Source: Ferruginibacter sp.
GTDB taxonomy: Bacteria; Bacteroidota; Bacteroidia; Chitinophagales; Chitinophagaceae
Assembly (NCBI GenBank): GCA_039918155.1
Contig: JBDSIB010000073.1
Coordinates: 15,573-79,572, forward strand
Direction of reading: 5' to 3'
Length of the DNA: 64,000 nucleotides
In this document: piece by piece, positions 1 through 10,184 of the stretch
Layout of the letters: every line of letters starts with the position of its first letter
Numbering within the stretch: position 1 is the stretch's first letter
Translations under genes and position numbers: made by a program
The notes under the pieces: generated by a model
The model's input: only the letters and a program-made list of their open reading frames with translations
Database searches by the model: none
Told to the model about the DNA's origin: nothing

Positions 1-1017
1 GAAAGCCAATGCACTGCGACCACTCCTTGCCGTTAGCACAATCTTTGAACTGTCAGCACCCACATCTTCCGGATTTATAATTTCATACGTCAATGCATCT
101 TTTAAAAATCCATCCTGGTGAATACCCGAGGAATGAGAGAATGCATTGCTGCCTACAATCGCCTTATTCGGCTGTACCGGCATACGCATCACATCAGACA
201 CAGTGCGGCTTAGAGGATTAAGCATGCGGCTTTGTATATTAGTATAAAATCCAAGAGCTTTATGTTGTTGTATGATCATTGCTACTTCTTCGAGCGAAGT
301 ATTTCCTGCTCTTTCGCCAAGGCCATTCATGGTACATTCTATTTGCCTTGCACCATTTATAATTCCTGAAATGGAATTTGCAGTTGCTAAACCAAGATCA
401 TTGTGACAATGACAGGAGATAACTGCTTTATCAATGTTCGGTACATTGTTTACCAGGTAGGCAATCTTTTCGCCGTATTGATGCGGTAAACAATAACCGG
501 TTGTATCCGGAATGTTTACTGTAGTTGCTCCTGCTTTGATAACGGCTTCGATTACACGAGCCAAATATTCATTTTCTGTACGGCCGGCATCTTCTGCATA
601 AAACTCTACATCATCTACAAAATTCTTTGCCCATTTTACAGCTTGTATTGCTCTTTGTAAAATTTCATCCTGTGTAGCATTGAACTTTGCTTTTATATGC
701 AGATCAGATGTGCCGATACCCGTATGAATACGTGGGCGTTTGGCATATTTTAAAGCATCTGCAGCCACTTCAATATCTTTTTGCACGGCACGGGTAAGAC
801 CACAGACCGTTGCATTTTTTATAACTTTTGATATTTCATTTACAGAAGAAAAATCTCCGGGTGATGAAATAGGGAAACCGGCTTCGATAATATCCACGCC
901 TAACTCTTCGAGTTGCAATGCCAGTTCTATCTTTTCTGCTGTATTTAATTTACAACCGGGAACCTGTTCGCCATCTCTTAAAGTAGTGTCAAAAATGAAA
1001 ATTTTATCTTCTGCCAT
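1..1017 (-). CDS. leuA: 2-isopropylmalate synthase (5' part; runs off the left edge)
   Basis: Manual minus-strand translation from ATG at 1017: [25 protein letters not shown], later [15 protein letters not shown] and HSSGIHQDG, which are DRE-TIM/LeuA motifs; absent from the ORF track because it is truncated. Confidence 0.93.
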   Translation of the reverse strand, partial: MAEDKIFIFDTTLRDGEQVPGCKLNTAEKIELALQLEELGVDIIEAGFPISSPGDFSSVNEISKVIKNATVCGLTRAVQKDIEVAADALKYAKRPRIHTGIGTSDLHIKAKFNATQDEILQRAIQAVKWAKNFVDDVEFYAEDAGRTENEYLARVIEAVIKAGATTVNIPDTTGYCLPHQYGEKIAYLVNNVPNIDKAVISCHCHNDLGLATANSISGIINGARQIECTMNGLGERAGNTSLEEVAMIIQQHKALGFYTNIQSRMLNPLSRTVSDVMRMPVQPNKAIVGSNAFSHSSGIHQDGFLKDALTYEIINPEDVGADSSKIVLTARSGRSALAF

Positions 1018-1192
1018 TTGTGAAATATTTAAATATATAATGCAGCAGTAGTGCCGTAAATTTGAATTGCATGTAAACTATCTTTGTTATTACCGGAAAA
1101 AAAATCAAAATAAATGTGGATTACGTTGCGGAATATGTGGGTAAATTGGCCAGAAGTGCCTGAAATACTGTATTTTGACCAAATAATTTACG

Positions 1193-2743
1193 ATGCCAAA
1201 CAATACAAATGATCCTCTCTTTTTACTTATAAAGTCCCTTGCTGGTGCTGAGAAGCGGCATTTTAAGTTGTATATATCCCGAAACCAGGCAAATGAAGAA
1301 GCCAAATTTGTAAAACTATTTGATGCTTTGGAGAGCAGCCGGGAGTATAATGAAGAGCAGATATTAAAAAAATGCCCTACGATTGCACGCCAGCAATTGC
1401 CTAATATTAAAGCTCATTTGTACGGAGAACTATTAACTGCTTTGCGTTTACTCCACAGCGTTAAGAACATGGAGATACAGATAAGAGAACAGATAGATTT
1501 TGCCAAAATATTATACAACCGTGGATTAATATTACAAGCTTTAAAAATTCTTGATAAAGCAAAAAATCTTGCAAAGTCAAACAGTCATTTTATACTTACG
1601 TTAGAGATATTGCAATTTGAAAAAGATATTGAAAGCAGACATATAACCAGGAGCCTGAAAGGCAGGGCAGGAGCGCTTATTGATGAAACAAATTTTATTG
1701 TCAAGCAGATAAATGAAGTAACGCATCTTTCAAATGTTGCATTGCGGATGTACGAGTTGTACCTGGAGAACGGGCATGTAACAGATGAAGCACATAGTGT
1801 AGTAATAGAAAAAATATTCAGAGAGAATATTGCAGGCATTAATGAAGCCCAGGTTAGTTTTTTTGGTAAAGCTTATTTGCATCAAAGCTATTGCTGGTAC
1901 TATATTATACAACTTGATTTTACAAAATACTACCGGCATGCAGAAAAGTGGGTGCATCTGTTTAAAGAACATCCTGAAGTAAAAAAAGAAGATCCCTTTT
2001 TGTATGTGAAAGCAATGCACAACCTGCTGAATGCACTATTTATAATTGGGCGGCACAAAAAAATGGTAGAAGAGCTACAGCATTTTGAAAAATTCTACTC
2101 CATAGCTGGAGCTTATAATGAAAACCTGGAGATACAGACCTTTGTTTATTTGTTCACTGCAAAAATAAACCTGCATTTTTTAGAAGGAACTTTTACAGAA
2201 GGATTGAGCCTTGTAAAGCCTATTGAAGAAAAATTGAAACAATACCAGCAATATATTGATACGCACAGAGCGTTGGTTTTTTATTATAAAATTGCCAGTC
2301 TTTATTTTGGTTCAGGCGATAGTGAAAATGCGATTGTGTATTTGAGCAGGATCATTAATTTAAAAGTAGGGCAGTTGCGGACGGACATACAATGCTTTGC
2401 CCGTCTGCTTCACCTGATTGCACATTATGAATTGGGCAATATGGAACTGGTGGAATACCTGATAAAATCTGTTTACCGCTTTTTATCAAAAATGGAAAAC
2501 CTTGATGCTGTATTGGCAGAAATATTTATCTTCTTACGTCGTTCACTTTCTTCCAAACAAAGAGATATAAAGAAATCTTTCATTCAACTACGGGATACAT
2601 TAGAAACAATATCGACCAGCAAATACAACCGCCGATCTTACCAATACCTGGATATTGTAAGCTGGTTAGACAGTAAGATTGAAGGAGTTCCGGTGCAAAA
2701 TATTATTAAAGCAAAATTTAATAAAGCCGATAAAATGGTTTAA
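1193..2743 (+). CDS. conserved hypothetical all-alpha (TPR-like) protein, divergent from leuA
   Basis: 516-aa ORF; N-terminal LFxLIKSLxxxEKRHFK pattern and helical-repeat character, typical of a Bacteroidota family of unknown function. Confidence 0.75.
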   Translation: MPNNTNDPLFLLIKSLAGAEKRHFKLYISRNQANEEAKFVKLFDALESSREYNEEQILKKCPTIARQQLPNIKAHLYGELLTALRLLHSVKNMEIQIREQIDFAKILYNRGLILQALKILDKAKNLAKSNSHFILTLEILQFEKDIESRHITRSLKGRAGALIDETNFIVKQINEVTHLSNVALRMYELYLENGHVTDEAHSVVIEKIFRENIAGINEAQVSFFGKAYLHQSYCWYYIIQLDFTKYYRHAEKWVHLFKEHPEVKKEDPFLYVKAMHNLLNALFIIGRHKKMVEELQHFEKFYSIAGAYNENLEIQTFVYLFTAKINLHFLEGTFTEGLSLVKPIEEKLKQYQQYIDTHRALVFYYKIASLYFGSGDSENAIVYLSRIINLKVGQLRTDIQCFARLLHLIAHYELGNMELVEYLIKSVYRFLSKMENLDAVLAEIFIFLRRSLSSKQRDIKKSFIQLRDTLETISTSKYNRRSYQYLDIVSWLDSKIEGVPVQNIIKAKFNKADKMV

Positions 2744-2756
2744 ACGTAGTGCTGCA

Positions 2757-2786
2757 TTGAGTTGTATGTTTATTTTACTATATTTG
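2757..2786 (+). promoter_or_regulatory. Bacteroidota housekeeping promoter (-33/-7)
   Basis: TTG at 2757-2759, 19-nt spacer, TATATTTG at 2779-2786, upstream of the CDS at 2860. Confidence 0.5.
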
Positions 2787-2799
2787 CATGAATTGCGAT

Positions 2800-2830
2800 A
2801 AGCCCATAAACTTATGTTTATGGGCTTTCT
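2800..2830 (+). terminator. 12-bp hairpin (terminator of 1193..2743 or 5'-UTR stem of 2860..3327)
   Basis: aagcccataaac-ttat-gtttatgggctt. Confidence 0.5.
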
Positions 2831-2859
2831 ATTAAAAAACTATTGTAAACAACACAACT

Positions 2860-3327
2860 ATGAAGAGGAAAATAACTTTTACATTGCCTGCGGAAGCACT
2901 GGCAGAAGCTACAGGAGCGTTATTATTAGGAGATTTTAATGACTGGAATACTGAAAAAGGAATAGCATTAAAAAAGCAAAAAGATGGCTCATTAAAAGTA
3001 GTAACAGAACTAGAAGCCGGCAAAACGTATCAATATCGTTTTTTACTGAATGACGGAAGGTGGGTGAACGATTACAATGCTGAAAACTATGCACCTGTAT
3101 CCGGCTTTCATATAGAAAACAGCATGATTACTGTTGCTGAAGTATTGGATGCAGCACCAAAACCTAAAAAAGAAACTGCCCCAAAAGCTGTTGCTACTAA
3201 AGCACCAGTAAAAAAGAAAGCTGCTTCAAAAGAAGTAGTTTCAAAAGAAGTTACAGAAAAAGCTGCGGTTGCGCCTAAATCTAAGGTTGTAAAAGCAAAA
3301 GCGGAAAAAGTACCTTCTACAAAATAA
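2860..3327 (+). CDS. isoamylase early-set (CBM48-like) domain protein with Lys/Ala-rich tail
   Basis: LLGDFNDWN, YQYRFL..G.WVND motifs; low-complexity KKA-rich C-terminus. Confidence 0.85.
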   Translation: MKRKITFTLPAEALAEATGALLLGDFNDWNTEKGIALKKQKDGSLKVVTELEAGKTYQYRFLLNDGRWVNDYNAENYAPVSGFHIENSMITVAEVLDAAPKPKKETAPKAVATKAPVKKKAASKEVVSKEVTEKAAVAPKSKVVKAKAEKVPSTK

Positions 3328-3342
3328 AACAAAAGTGAACTT

Positions 3343-3378
3343 AAAAAAGTAGCCCCTTTCTTATAAAGAGAGGGGCTA
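3343..3378. terminator. intrinsic terminator between convergent genes
   Basis: tagcccctttctt-ata-aagagaggggcta with an A-run on the left (U-tract for smpB). Confidence 0.7.
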
Positions 3379-3384
3379 AATAAT

Positions 3385-3822
3385 TTATATACCGTATTTC
3401 CGTTTTACATCCCGGTCATTTTCTCTGGTCTTAATAGTTTCCCGCTTGTCGTAATTCTTTTTTCCTTTTCCAAGACCTATTTCCACTTTAGCCAGGCCTT
3501 TTTCGCTCAGGAATATTTTTAAGGGAATAATGCTGTACCCTTTCTCTTTTATTTTACTTTCAAGCTTTTTTAATTCTCTTTTGTTGAGGAGTAATTTTCT
3601 TTCCTGCAAAGGCTCGTGATTAGCATAAGTACCAAAAGCATATTCTGAAATGTGCAGGCTTTTTACATACAGTTCTCCTTTGTCGAAGATGCAATAGCTG
3701 TCATTAAAACTGGCTTTACCTGCCCGCAGTGATTTTATTTCGGTGCCCTGCAATACAATGCCTGCAATGTATTTTGCTTCAAAAAAATATTCGTAATACG
3801 CCTTTCTGTTACTCAGATCCAT
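3385..3822 (-). CDS. smpB: SsrA-binding protein SmpB
   Basis: NRKAYYEY, AGIVLQGTEIKSLR, RKLLL, GKGKKNYDKRE motifs. Confidence 0.97.
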   Translation of the reverse strand: MDLSNRKAYYEYFFEAKYIAGIVLQGTEIKSLRAGKASFNDSYCIFDKGELYVKSLHISEYAFGTYANHEPLQERKLLLNKRELKKLESKIKEKGYSIIPLKIFLSEKGLAKVEIGLGKGKKNYDKRETIKTRENDRDVKRKYGI

Positions 3823-3871
3823 CGGACAAATATACTATAATAGATGTTGTATTTCAGGGATGAGCCATGAA

Positions 3872-4516
3872 TCAACTTAAAACTGTTGCCCGTATTGCAA
3901 AAAAGAAAAAAATATTACCTATCAATACAAATAAATGCCATAGCGCATGATGATATTTCCATTTTCTCCATACAAAAAATAAAATCCCGATTGCGGTCAA
4001 GCCTACACCTGTCAGTATCAGTTTTATTATTGCCAGAGGTATGGAAGAAATAAAAGAATGGTAGAAAAATAAGAACATTAACCCTTGCAGCAAATACACA
4101 GTTATCATTAATAATGAATTTTTTGTGCTGTATCGCCAAATGAGTCCAATCCCTACAGGTACAAATGTCCACACAATTATTAACAACAGCATGCCTTTAC
4201 TATTCTCCATATATTTATAAACAAGTGGGAGATAAGTTGCAGCGATCAGTAAGTGGATGCTTGCCTGGTCTATTTTTCTAAAATTTTCCTTCACCGTGGA
4301 GCTTGGCAGCAAATGATATATTGTCGAAAAAAGAAAAGTACAAAGCAAGGAAATGCTGTACAAAACAATGTCCAGGAACTGGTTCACATTTTTTAATTCA
4401 TAAGCATCAGATAAAATTACGGGAATAAAGAAAAGGCTAAATAAAATGCCCAATGCGTGTGTTATGCAGTTCCATTTTTCCGCATCTGATATGCTATTCA
4501 GGTTAATTATTTTCAT
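3872..4516 (-). CDS. hemolysin III / PAQR (TrhA-like) membrane protein
   Basis: EKWNCITH, STIYH, DQASIHLLIAATYLP, HALWHLFVL motifs; about 7 TM segments. Confidence 0.9.
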   Translation of the reverse strand: MKIINLNSISDAEKWNCITHALGILFSLFFIPVILSDAYELKNVNQFLDIVLYSISLLCTFLFSTIYHLLPSSTVKENFRKIDQASIHLLIAATYLPLVYKYMENSKGMLLLIIVWTFVPVGIGLIWRYSTKNSLLMITVYLLQGLMFLFFYHSFISSIPLAIIKLILTGVGLTAIGILFFVWRKWKYHHALWHLFVLIGNIFFFFAIRATVLS

Positions 4517-6008
4517 TTATTTTGTTGAAAGTATCAATCAATTTTACATCATTTACCAAGTGTTTATTCTTTTGCTGTACAGTATTACTTTTATTATATT
4601 CTTTAAAAAATCCCAGTTTAACCCGGATTATTTTTGGCAATAAAAAAATCCCCGCTCTTTTAAATTCTTCATAGTTATCATTTTCAAGTGATAAATTATG
4701 ATGAAGGTTTTCTGCAAATAATTCTTCGCTTATCCTTATATCATCAAATTCTATATAGCATAAATAACGATGCCCATCCTGATGATCATAGCCAGGTAAT
4801 ATGCAAAAATCAACAATAGATGTATTTGTTTGATAGCATACTTTAGCCATTGCCCTTTCTGCCTGAATTGGTAAAAGATGTTCACCAAAGGGAGAAAAAA
4901 TATCTTCCATTCTTCCACTTACACATATACGATAGGGATCAATAGAAACAAAGTAAACTATATCATTTACCTTATAAGCCCATAAGCCGCTTACATTTGA
5001 AATGATCATTACATATTTTTTATTTTTTTCTACTTCATTTAAAGAAATTCTTTCTGCATTATTCACTGTATAATTTTCAAGCGGAATAAACTCATAAAAA
5101 ATCCCCTGATTACAGATCAGTTCCATTCCTTTTTCTCCGGGTACTACCTGGTAAGCAAAATTGCCTTCGGTAGCTGTATAGTTTTCCATTAAGAAAATAT
5201 TATTTCCCATGTGCTGCCGTATAATATTTTCATACGGCTCATAATTCATCCCTGATAAAAACAAAAGCCTGAAAGACGGAAAATGTTCGGAGAATTTTTT
5301 ATCGGTCGTTTTTTCAATCGTTGTTAATAACTGTATTAGCCAAACGGGCAATGCAACCGCTGATCTTATATCATGCTGTAATAATATTTCAATCGTTTTA
5401 TTTAATTTTTCATCAAAATCCTTAATACTGTTTATTTTTTTACCTGGCAGTGCAAATTGTTGCGCCCAATGTGGCATTAGGTAAGATTTTATTGCAGAAA
5501 CAGAGGCACATTTAAATTCATTTTTTATTTCAAAAATTTGAGGATCAGCCTGGTAAAAAATTTTGCCGCCAATAAAACTTGTTGTCTTTAATTGATCTAC
5601 CAGGTTTGCAATCATATACCTGGCTGCAAATTGAGTGCATGTCAATTGTTCATTGGTAATAGGAATATATTTTGATCCATTTGTAGTGCCACTGCTTTTT
5701 CCAAAATATGCGGGAAGCCCGGGCCACAAAACATTTTTTTCCTGTTTAAATATTCTTGCTGTGTAAGGTAAAATATCTTTGTAACTAATTACCGGCACAT
5801 GAGCTTTAAAATCACTGTAAGTTTTTATCTTATCAAAAGAGTGTTCTCTGCCAAAAGCCGTATCTGCTGCATTTGAAATAAGTTCTTTAAAAACAAGCTG
5901 TTGACATTTGATTGCAGAATGCCTGTTTTGATTAACAAGCTTTATATACTTTTTAAAGTAAATGTTTTTGAAGTAATAATATTTTACAGCCTGCAATAAA
6001 TTCATCAA
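4503..6008 (-). CDS. GH3 (auxin-responsive promoter family) acyl-acid amido synthetase-like protein
   Basis: TAFGREH, KSSGTTNGSKYIP, YTATEG, FYEFIP, GLWAYKVND motifs. Confidence 0.88.
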   Translation of the reverse strand: MMNLLQAVKYYYFKNIYFKKYIKLVNQNRHSAIKCQQLVFKELISNAADTAFGREHSFDKIKTYSDFKAHVPVISYKDILPYTARIFKQEKNVLWPGLPAYFGKSSGTTNGSKYIPITNEQLTCTQFAARYMIANLVDQLKTTSFIGGKIFYQADPQIFEIKNEFKCASVSAIKSYLMPHWAQQFALPGKKINSIKDFDEKLNKTIEILLQHDIRSAVALPVWLIQLLTTIEKTTDKKFSEHFPSFRLLFLSGMNYEPYENIIRQHMGNNIFLMENYTATEGNFAYQVVPGEKGMELICNQGIFYEFIPLENYTVNNAERISLNEVEKNKKYVMIISNVSGLWAYKVNDIVYFVSIDPYRICVSGRMEDIFSPFGEHLLPIQAERAMAKVCYQTNTSIVDFCILPGYDHQDGHRYLCYIEFDDIRISEELFAENLHHNLSLENDNYEEFKRAGIFLLPKIIRVKLGFFKEYNKSNTVQQKNKHLVNDVKLIDTFNKINENN

Positions 6009-6021
6009 TCTGGTTTATATA

Positions 6022-6624
6022 TCAGCCATTGAATAAGCTAAAACGTTTGAATGTTTTTCCTTTGCGAATAAGCCATGCATGGTAAGTGCTTGGAACGTCA
6101 TGTTGCCATTTTGGTAATACAAGTGTGATAAAAATTCTGTCAAGATGAGATATTATGCCTGCGATAAGACAAAAATAAAAAAGGAATCCAGCATGGCCAT
6201 TTAAAATAAGATCTATAAAAGCAGCCAGTAAAGTAAGTCCCCAGAATTTTGAAAGGTATGCGTGGGAGCATGTTTCTCTTTTAAATTTTAAAAAACTTAC
6301 CAGGTAACAAAGTGCCTCCATTCCTAATAAAATATAAATAACAAAATTATTTTCTCTTATTACATCCGGCCAGATGAACCAGGCAGTAAAGCCTGCCGAT
6401 AGCCAAAAGATCATATCCGTCTGGCTATCTAACCGGCGGAGTGTAGTGGTAGAAGTATTTTGTTTGCGGGCAATAATACCATCAAAAATATCTGATAATA
6501 GTCCTGCAATTAGTAAAACTATAATCAATTGCCGGTACGTAGTTTTATAAAAATAGCCGAGGTAAAGCATCACAGGTGCCAATAGAAATCTGAAAGCAAT
6601 AAGAAGAATAGGGATCTGTTTCAT
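6022..6624 (-). CDS. CDP-alcohol phosphatidyltransferase family protein
   Basis: SDIFDGIIARK...LDSQTD signature; hydrophobic. Confidence 0.88.
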   Translation of the reverse strand: MKQIPILLIAFRFLLAPVMLYLGYFYKTTYRQLIIVLLIAGLLSDIFDGIIARKQNTSTTTLRRLDSQTDMIFWLSAGFTAWFIWPDVIRENNFVIYILLGMEALCYLVSFLKFKRETCSHAYLSKFWGLTLLAAFIDLILNGHAGFLFYFCLIAGIISHLDRIFITLVLPKWQHDVPSTYHAWLIRKGKTFKRFSLFNG

Positions 6625-6672
6625 TAAGCAGATTATATAATTAACTACTAAGAAAATTAATTATATAAAATG

Positions 6673-6703
6673 AAAAATGCAATACTTTTTTTGTATTGCA
6701 TTT
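6673..6703 (-). terminator. intrinsic terminator after accD
   Basis: aaatgcaatac-ttttttt-gtattgcattt hairpin with an A-run on the left. Confidence 0.55.
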
Positions 6704-6721
6704 GTTTATTAATTTTTTAAG

Positions 6722-7633
6722 TTAATTCTTAAATAGTGTAAGAAGTGCTGTTAGTCTGTCTTTCAATGTTTTTCTATGAACAATGAAATCTAAAAAACCA
6801 TGCTCCAGCAAAAATTCGCTGCGTTGAAAGCCTGGTGGTAGATCTTTTTTGATGGTTTCTTTAATGACCCTTGGACCCGCAAACCCAATCAGGGCGCCGG
6901 GTTCGCCGCAAATAACATCGCCCAGCATTGCGAAAGATGCCGTAGTGCCGCCAAAAGTAGGATCGGTACACAAAGAAATATAAGGAACGCCGGCATTGCT
7001 GAGTTGAGTAAGCTTGCCGGAAGTTTTTGCCAGTTGCATTAACGAAAATGCGCTTTCCATCATACGGGCGCCACCACTTTTATTGATGATCATAAAAGGA
7101 ATCCTATGCTGTACACAATAATCGCAGGCACGACAAATTTTTTCGCCCATTACGCTGCCCAGGCTACCGCCGATAAATTCAAAATCCATACAGGCTACAA
7201 CAAGATCATTGCCATTTACTTTGCCATGTGCAACAGTGATGGAATCGTGAATATCTGTTTTTGAATAAGTATCTGCCAACCGGTCTTTGTAAGATTTAAG
7301 ATCTACAAAGCCAAGGAAATCTTTAGAACGGATATTTGCAAAAAACTCTTCGTATTGATTGTTATCAAAGATAATTTCAAAATACTCTTCGCTGCCGATG
7401 CGATGATGATATTCGCATTTAGGACATACAAAATAATTTTCTGCCAGTTCTGAAATAGTGCAGGTGTATTTGCAGTTAGGGCATTTTGCCCATAACCCTT
7501 CAGGAGCATCTTTTTTATCTTTTGTAGAAGTAAGTATTCCTTTTTTTATTCGTTTGAACCAGCTTTTTTTTGTTTCTTCTGAAACGCCATCTTCGCCGGC
7601 CAGGTTTGCATCAAAATCTTCTTCTTGCATCAT
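6722..7633 (-). CDS. accD: acetyl-CoA carboxylase carboxyltransferase beta subunit
   Basis: GLWAKCPNC..CPKC zinc finger, GGSLGSVMGE, SGGARMME, IGFAGPRVI. Confidence 0.97.
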   Translation of the reverse strand: MMQEEDFDANLAGEDGVSEETKKSWFKRIKKGILTSTKDKKDAPEGLWAKCPNCKYTCTISELAENYFVCPKCEYHHRIGSEEYFEIIFDNNQYEEFFANIRSKDFLGFVDLKSYKDRLADTYSKTDIHDSITVAHGKVNGNDLVVACMDFEFIGGSLGSVMGEKICRACDYCVQHRIPFMIINKSGGARMMESAFSLMQLAKTSGKLTQLSNAGVPYISLCTDPTFGGTTASFAMLGDVICGEPGALIGFAGPRVIKETIKKDLPPGFQRSEFLLEHGFLDFIVHRKTLKDRLTALLTLFKN

Positions 7634-7667
7634 TAAACAAATTTAATAAAATAAATTGAAGCTTGTT

Positions 7668-8735
7668 TTATGCATTGCGATTTAAACAATTAAGATCGTC
7701 AAAGGCCGTTTCCAGCCTTTTTATAAAGGATTCTTCGCCTTTTCGAAGCCACGCTCTTGGATCGTAATATCTTTTATTTGGCTTATCCGCACCATCCGGA
7801 TTACCAAGCTGCGCCTGGAAGTATGCTTCGTGTGCTTTGTAATTATCTAAAACACCTTCCCAGAAAGCCCACTGAAGATCAGTATCAAGGTTCATTTTGA
7901 TAGCACCATAACCAATGGCTTCTCTTATCTGGCTTTGCGGACTGCCGCTGCCACCATGAAAAACAAAGTAAACTGGTTTTGGACCGGTTCCTAATTCTTT
8001 TTCAATATATACCTGGCTGTTGTTTAAAATTTCAGGCCTCAATTCTACATTACCCGGTTTGTACACGCCATGTACATTGCCAAAAGCTGCGGCTACGGTA
8101 AATAAATTTCCAACCTTGCTTAATTCTGTAAAGGAATAAGCCACGTGTTCTGGTTGTGTATATAATTTATCATTTTCTACATCGCTATTATCTACACCAT
8201 CTTCTTCGCCACCAGTAACGCCTAATTCAATCTCAATGCTCATGCCCAATGGTGCCATGCGTTTGTAAAATTCTACTGAAGTAGCAATGTTCTCTTCAAT
8301 TGGTTCTTCAGAAAGATCCAGCATGTGAGAACTAAAAAGTGGTTGTCCTTTTTCTTTAAAATATTGCTCGCCGGCATCTATCAAACCACTGATCCACGGC
8401 AACCATTTTTTAGAGGCATGATCTGTATGTAATACAACAGGCACACCATAATATTTTGCAACATTGTGAATATGCAATGCACCCGAAATGCCCCCGGAAA
8501 TATTTGCCTGCAATTTATCATTAGGCATTCCTTTGCCGGCAATAAACTGTGCGCCGCCATTGCTGAACTGTATGATGATAGGTGAATTTACTTTTGCAGC
8601 AGCTTCTAACGCCGCATTGATAGTGTTGGTGCCGATGGTATTTACCGCAGGTAAAGCAAACTGATTATCTTTTGCATCATTGTACAATGCTTCCAATTCT
8701 TTTCCGTGTAATACGCCGGCGCTGTATTTAGCCAT
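7668..8735 (-). CDS. fbaA: class II fructose-bisphosphate aldolase
   Basis: HTDH, SSHMLDLS, GNVHGVYKPG, FHGGSG, YYDPR motifs. Confidence 0.97.
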   Translation of the reverse strand: MAKYSAGVLHGKELEALYNDAKDNQFALPAVNTIGTNTINAALEAAAKVNSPIIIQFSNGGAQFIAGKGMPNDKLQANISGGISGALHIHNVAKYYGVPVVLHTDHASKKWLPWISGLIDAGEQYFKEKGQPLFSSHMLDLSEEPIEENIATSVEFYKRMAPLGMSIEIELGVTGGEEDGVDNSDVENDKLYTQPEHVAYSFTELSKVGNLFTVAAAFGNVHGVYKPGNVELRPEILNNSQVYIEKELGTGPKPVYFVFHGGSGSPQSQIREAIGYGAIKMNLDTDLQWAFWEGVLDNYKAHEAYFQAQLGNPDGADKPNKRYYDPRAWLRKGEESFIKRLETAFDDLNCLNRNA

Positions 8736-8790
8736 GTTTTGTTTTGATTTTATTTGGTAATTAGTTATCCCTCATTATTTTGATGGGGTA

Positions 8791-8798
8791 CAAAAGTA
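8791..8798 (-). promoter_or_regulatory. -7 promoter element for fbaA-accD
   Basis: TACTTTTG (TAnnTTTG) on the minus strand about 55 nt upstream of fbaA; no clear -33 seen. Confidence 0.45.
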
Positions 8799-8864
8799 AG
8801 TTAAATGGATTTTAGTTTATTGCAATTTTAAATTGAATTTTAAAGGGTTATTGAAGCGTTCTCC

Positions 8865-9656
8865 TCATTTTGAAGAGTGATTCTCTATATTTTGATGAAG
8901 TTTATCAAAATAATCAACGGCTTTCAATAGACGACTTCCGTACCAACTGAACATTTCTCCATCTACCAATATAATTTTCACCTTGGGTAAATACGCCTTT
9001 AATTCATCTACATGCTTTTGTGTAAATGGAAAAGGCTCTGAAGAAAGAAAAAGGTAATTACACCCTGAATTTCGGATATCCGCTATGGTTATCTCGGGAT
9101 AACGCTTGCTTTCTTGATAAATGTTTTTATAACCGGCATGCAAAAGCATATTGCTTATAAAAGTATCGCCGCCAATGGTCATGTAAGGGTTTTGCCATAT
9201 AAGATAAATTACTTTTTTAAAAGGCTCAATAAATTGCAGGGATGCAAATTTTTGTTGAATATCTGTTATAAGATCGGTGGCTTTAGTAGTTTTCCCTGTC
9301 AGCATTCCAATATCATTAATCATATTGAGTGCATCCTGCAAATTTTTTACATCAGTAACCCATACATTTAATTCTTCTGCCAATGTTTCTACCTGCTGCT
9401 TTACATTTTCTTCTTTATTGGCTAAGATAAGGGTAGGAGAAAGGCTTTTTATTTTTTCAAGATCCAGCATTTTTGTACCGCCAATTCGTGTCTTTGTATC
9501 AAGCCATTGTTTGGGGTGAATGCAGAATTTTGTAATACCGATAGTTTCTTCTTCTAAACCAAAATAGTAAAGTAGGTCTGTTTGAGATGGAACGAGGGAA
9601 ATAATTCGGTTTGCACCTGCAGTAAATGCACGTGTGTCTGTTAGAAGCATCCTCAA
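8865..9656 (-). CDS. helical-backbone metal receptor (BtuF-like substrate-binding protein)
   Basis: RIISLVPSQT, GITKFCIHP, IGGTK, NKEEN, LSSEPFPF, DGEMFSWYGSR. Confidence 0.88.
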   Translation of the reverse strand: MRMLLTDTRAFTAGANRIISLVPSQTDLLYYFGLEEETIGITKFCIHPKQWLDTKTRIGGTKMLDLEKIKSLSPTLILANKEENVKQQVETLAEELNVWVTDVKNLQDALNMINDIGMLTGKTTKATDLITDIQQKFASLQFIEPFKKVIYLIWQNPYMTIGGDTFISNMLLHAGYKNIYQESKRYPEITIADIRNSGCNYLFLSSEPFPFTQKHVDELKAYLPKVKIILVDGEMFSWYGSRLLKAVDYFDKLHQNIENHSSK

Positions 9657-9676
9657 AAATACCGAAGTTGTAAAAT

Positions 9677-9723
9677 AAAAAAAACTTCCACAGGAATTTG
9701 CAAAAGCAAATAGTCTGGGGAAG
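9677..9723 (-). terminator. intrinsic terminator of ncRNA copy 1
   Basis: minus strand CTTCCCCAGACTATTTGC-TTTT-GCAAATTCCTGTGGAAG followed by 8 T. Confidence 0.65.
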
Positions 9724-10150
9724 CTAAATTTTGACCAACTTTAAAAAAGTTGTTGGTTTCTCAGGAGATTTTTACTTTTCAGACGGGGGTCGTATAGTAA
9801 AAAATGATTTGTCCTGGTTTCAGTTTGGTTTTTCGCCATCATCGCTGTGGTTAGCAGCATAGGCTGGATAATTGGTTTGGTTGGTTTTTTAAAGGACTTT
9901 AGATTCTGGTTTTGCTATCATCGCTTTTTACAGCATAAGCATTAGGTATTGGTTCTTTTTCGATTCTTCGGTTGGTTATTCTGGATTTTAAAACGTATGC
10001 TTTATTCAAAAAAAAAGGAGAAGTTGACTGATATTGAATTTTAATGGCTTTTCTTCTTTCGAGTTTTTGGATATTGGAAAACTCAGTGTTTGGCTTTATC
10101 AGGATTCTTTGGATAATGATTGATACTTAATCGCTATCAATCAACTTCTG
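9677..10150 (-). ncRNA. putative large structured ncRNA, copy 1 (about 470 nt), family not recognised
   Basis: No credible ORF; paralogous to 10547..11038; promoter at the right end, terminator at the left end, conserved helices. Confidence 0.65.
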
Positions 10151-10153
10151 AGA

Positions 10154-10184
10154 CAAAGATGCAACACTAACAGTTCTTTAACAA
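10154..10184 (-). promoter_or_regulatory. promoter of ncRNA copy 1
   Basis: minus strand TTG (10184-10182), 20-nt spacer, CATCTTTG (10161-10154; one mismatch to TAnnTTTG); same arrangement in copy 2. Confidence 0.55.

Noticed and set aside
740-1051. 103-aa plus-strand ORF
   Set aside because: Antisense shadow of leuA
1004-1072. 22-aa minus-strand uORF with three consecutive Leu codons overlapping the leuA start (possible attenuator leader)
   Set aside because: No terminator/antiterminator is visible, and a -7-like box (CAAATTTA) lies inside the uORF, so its ATG is probably not transcribed
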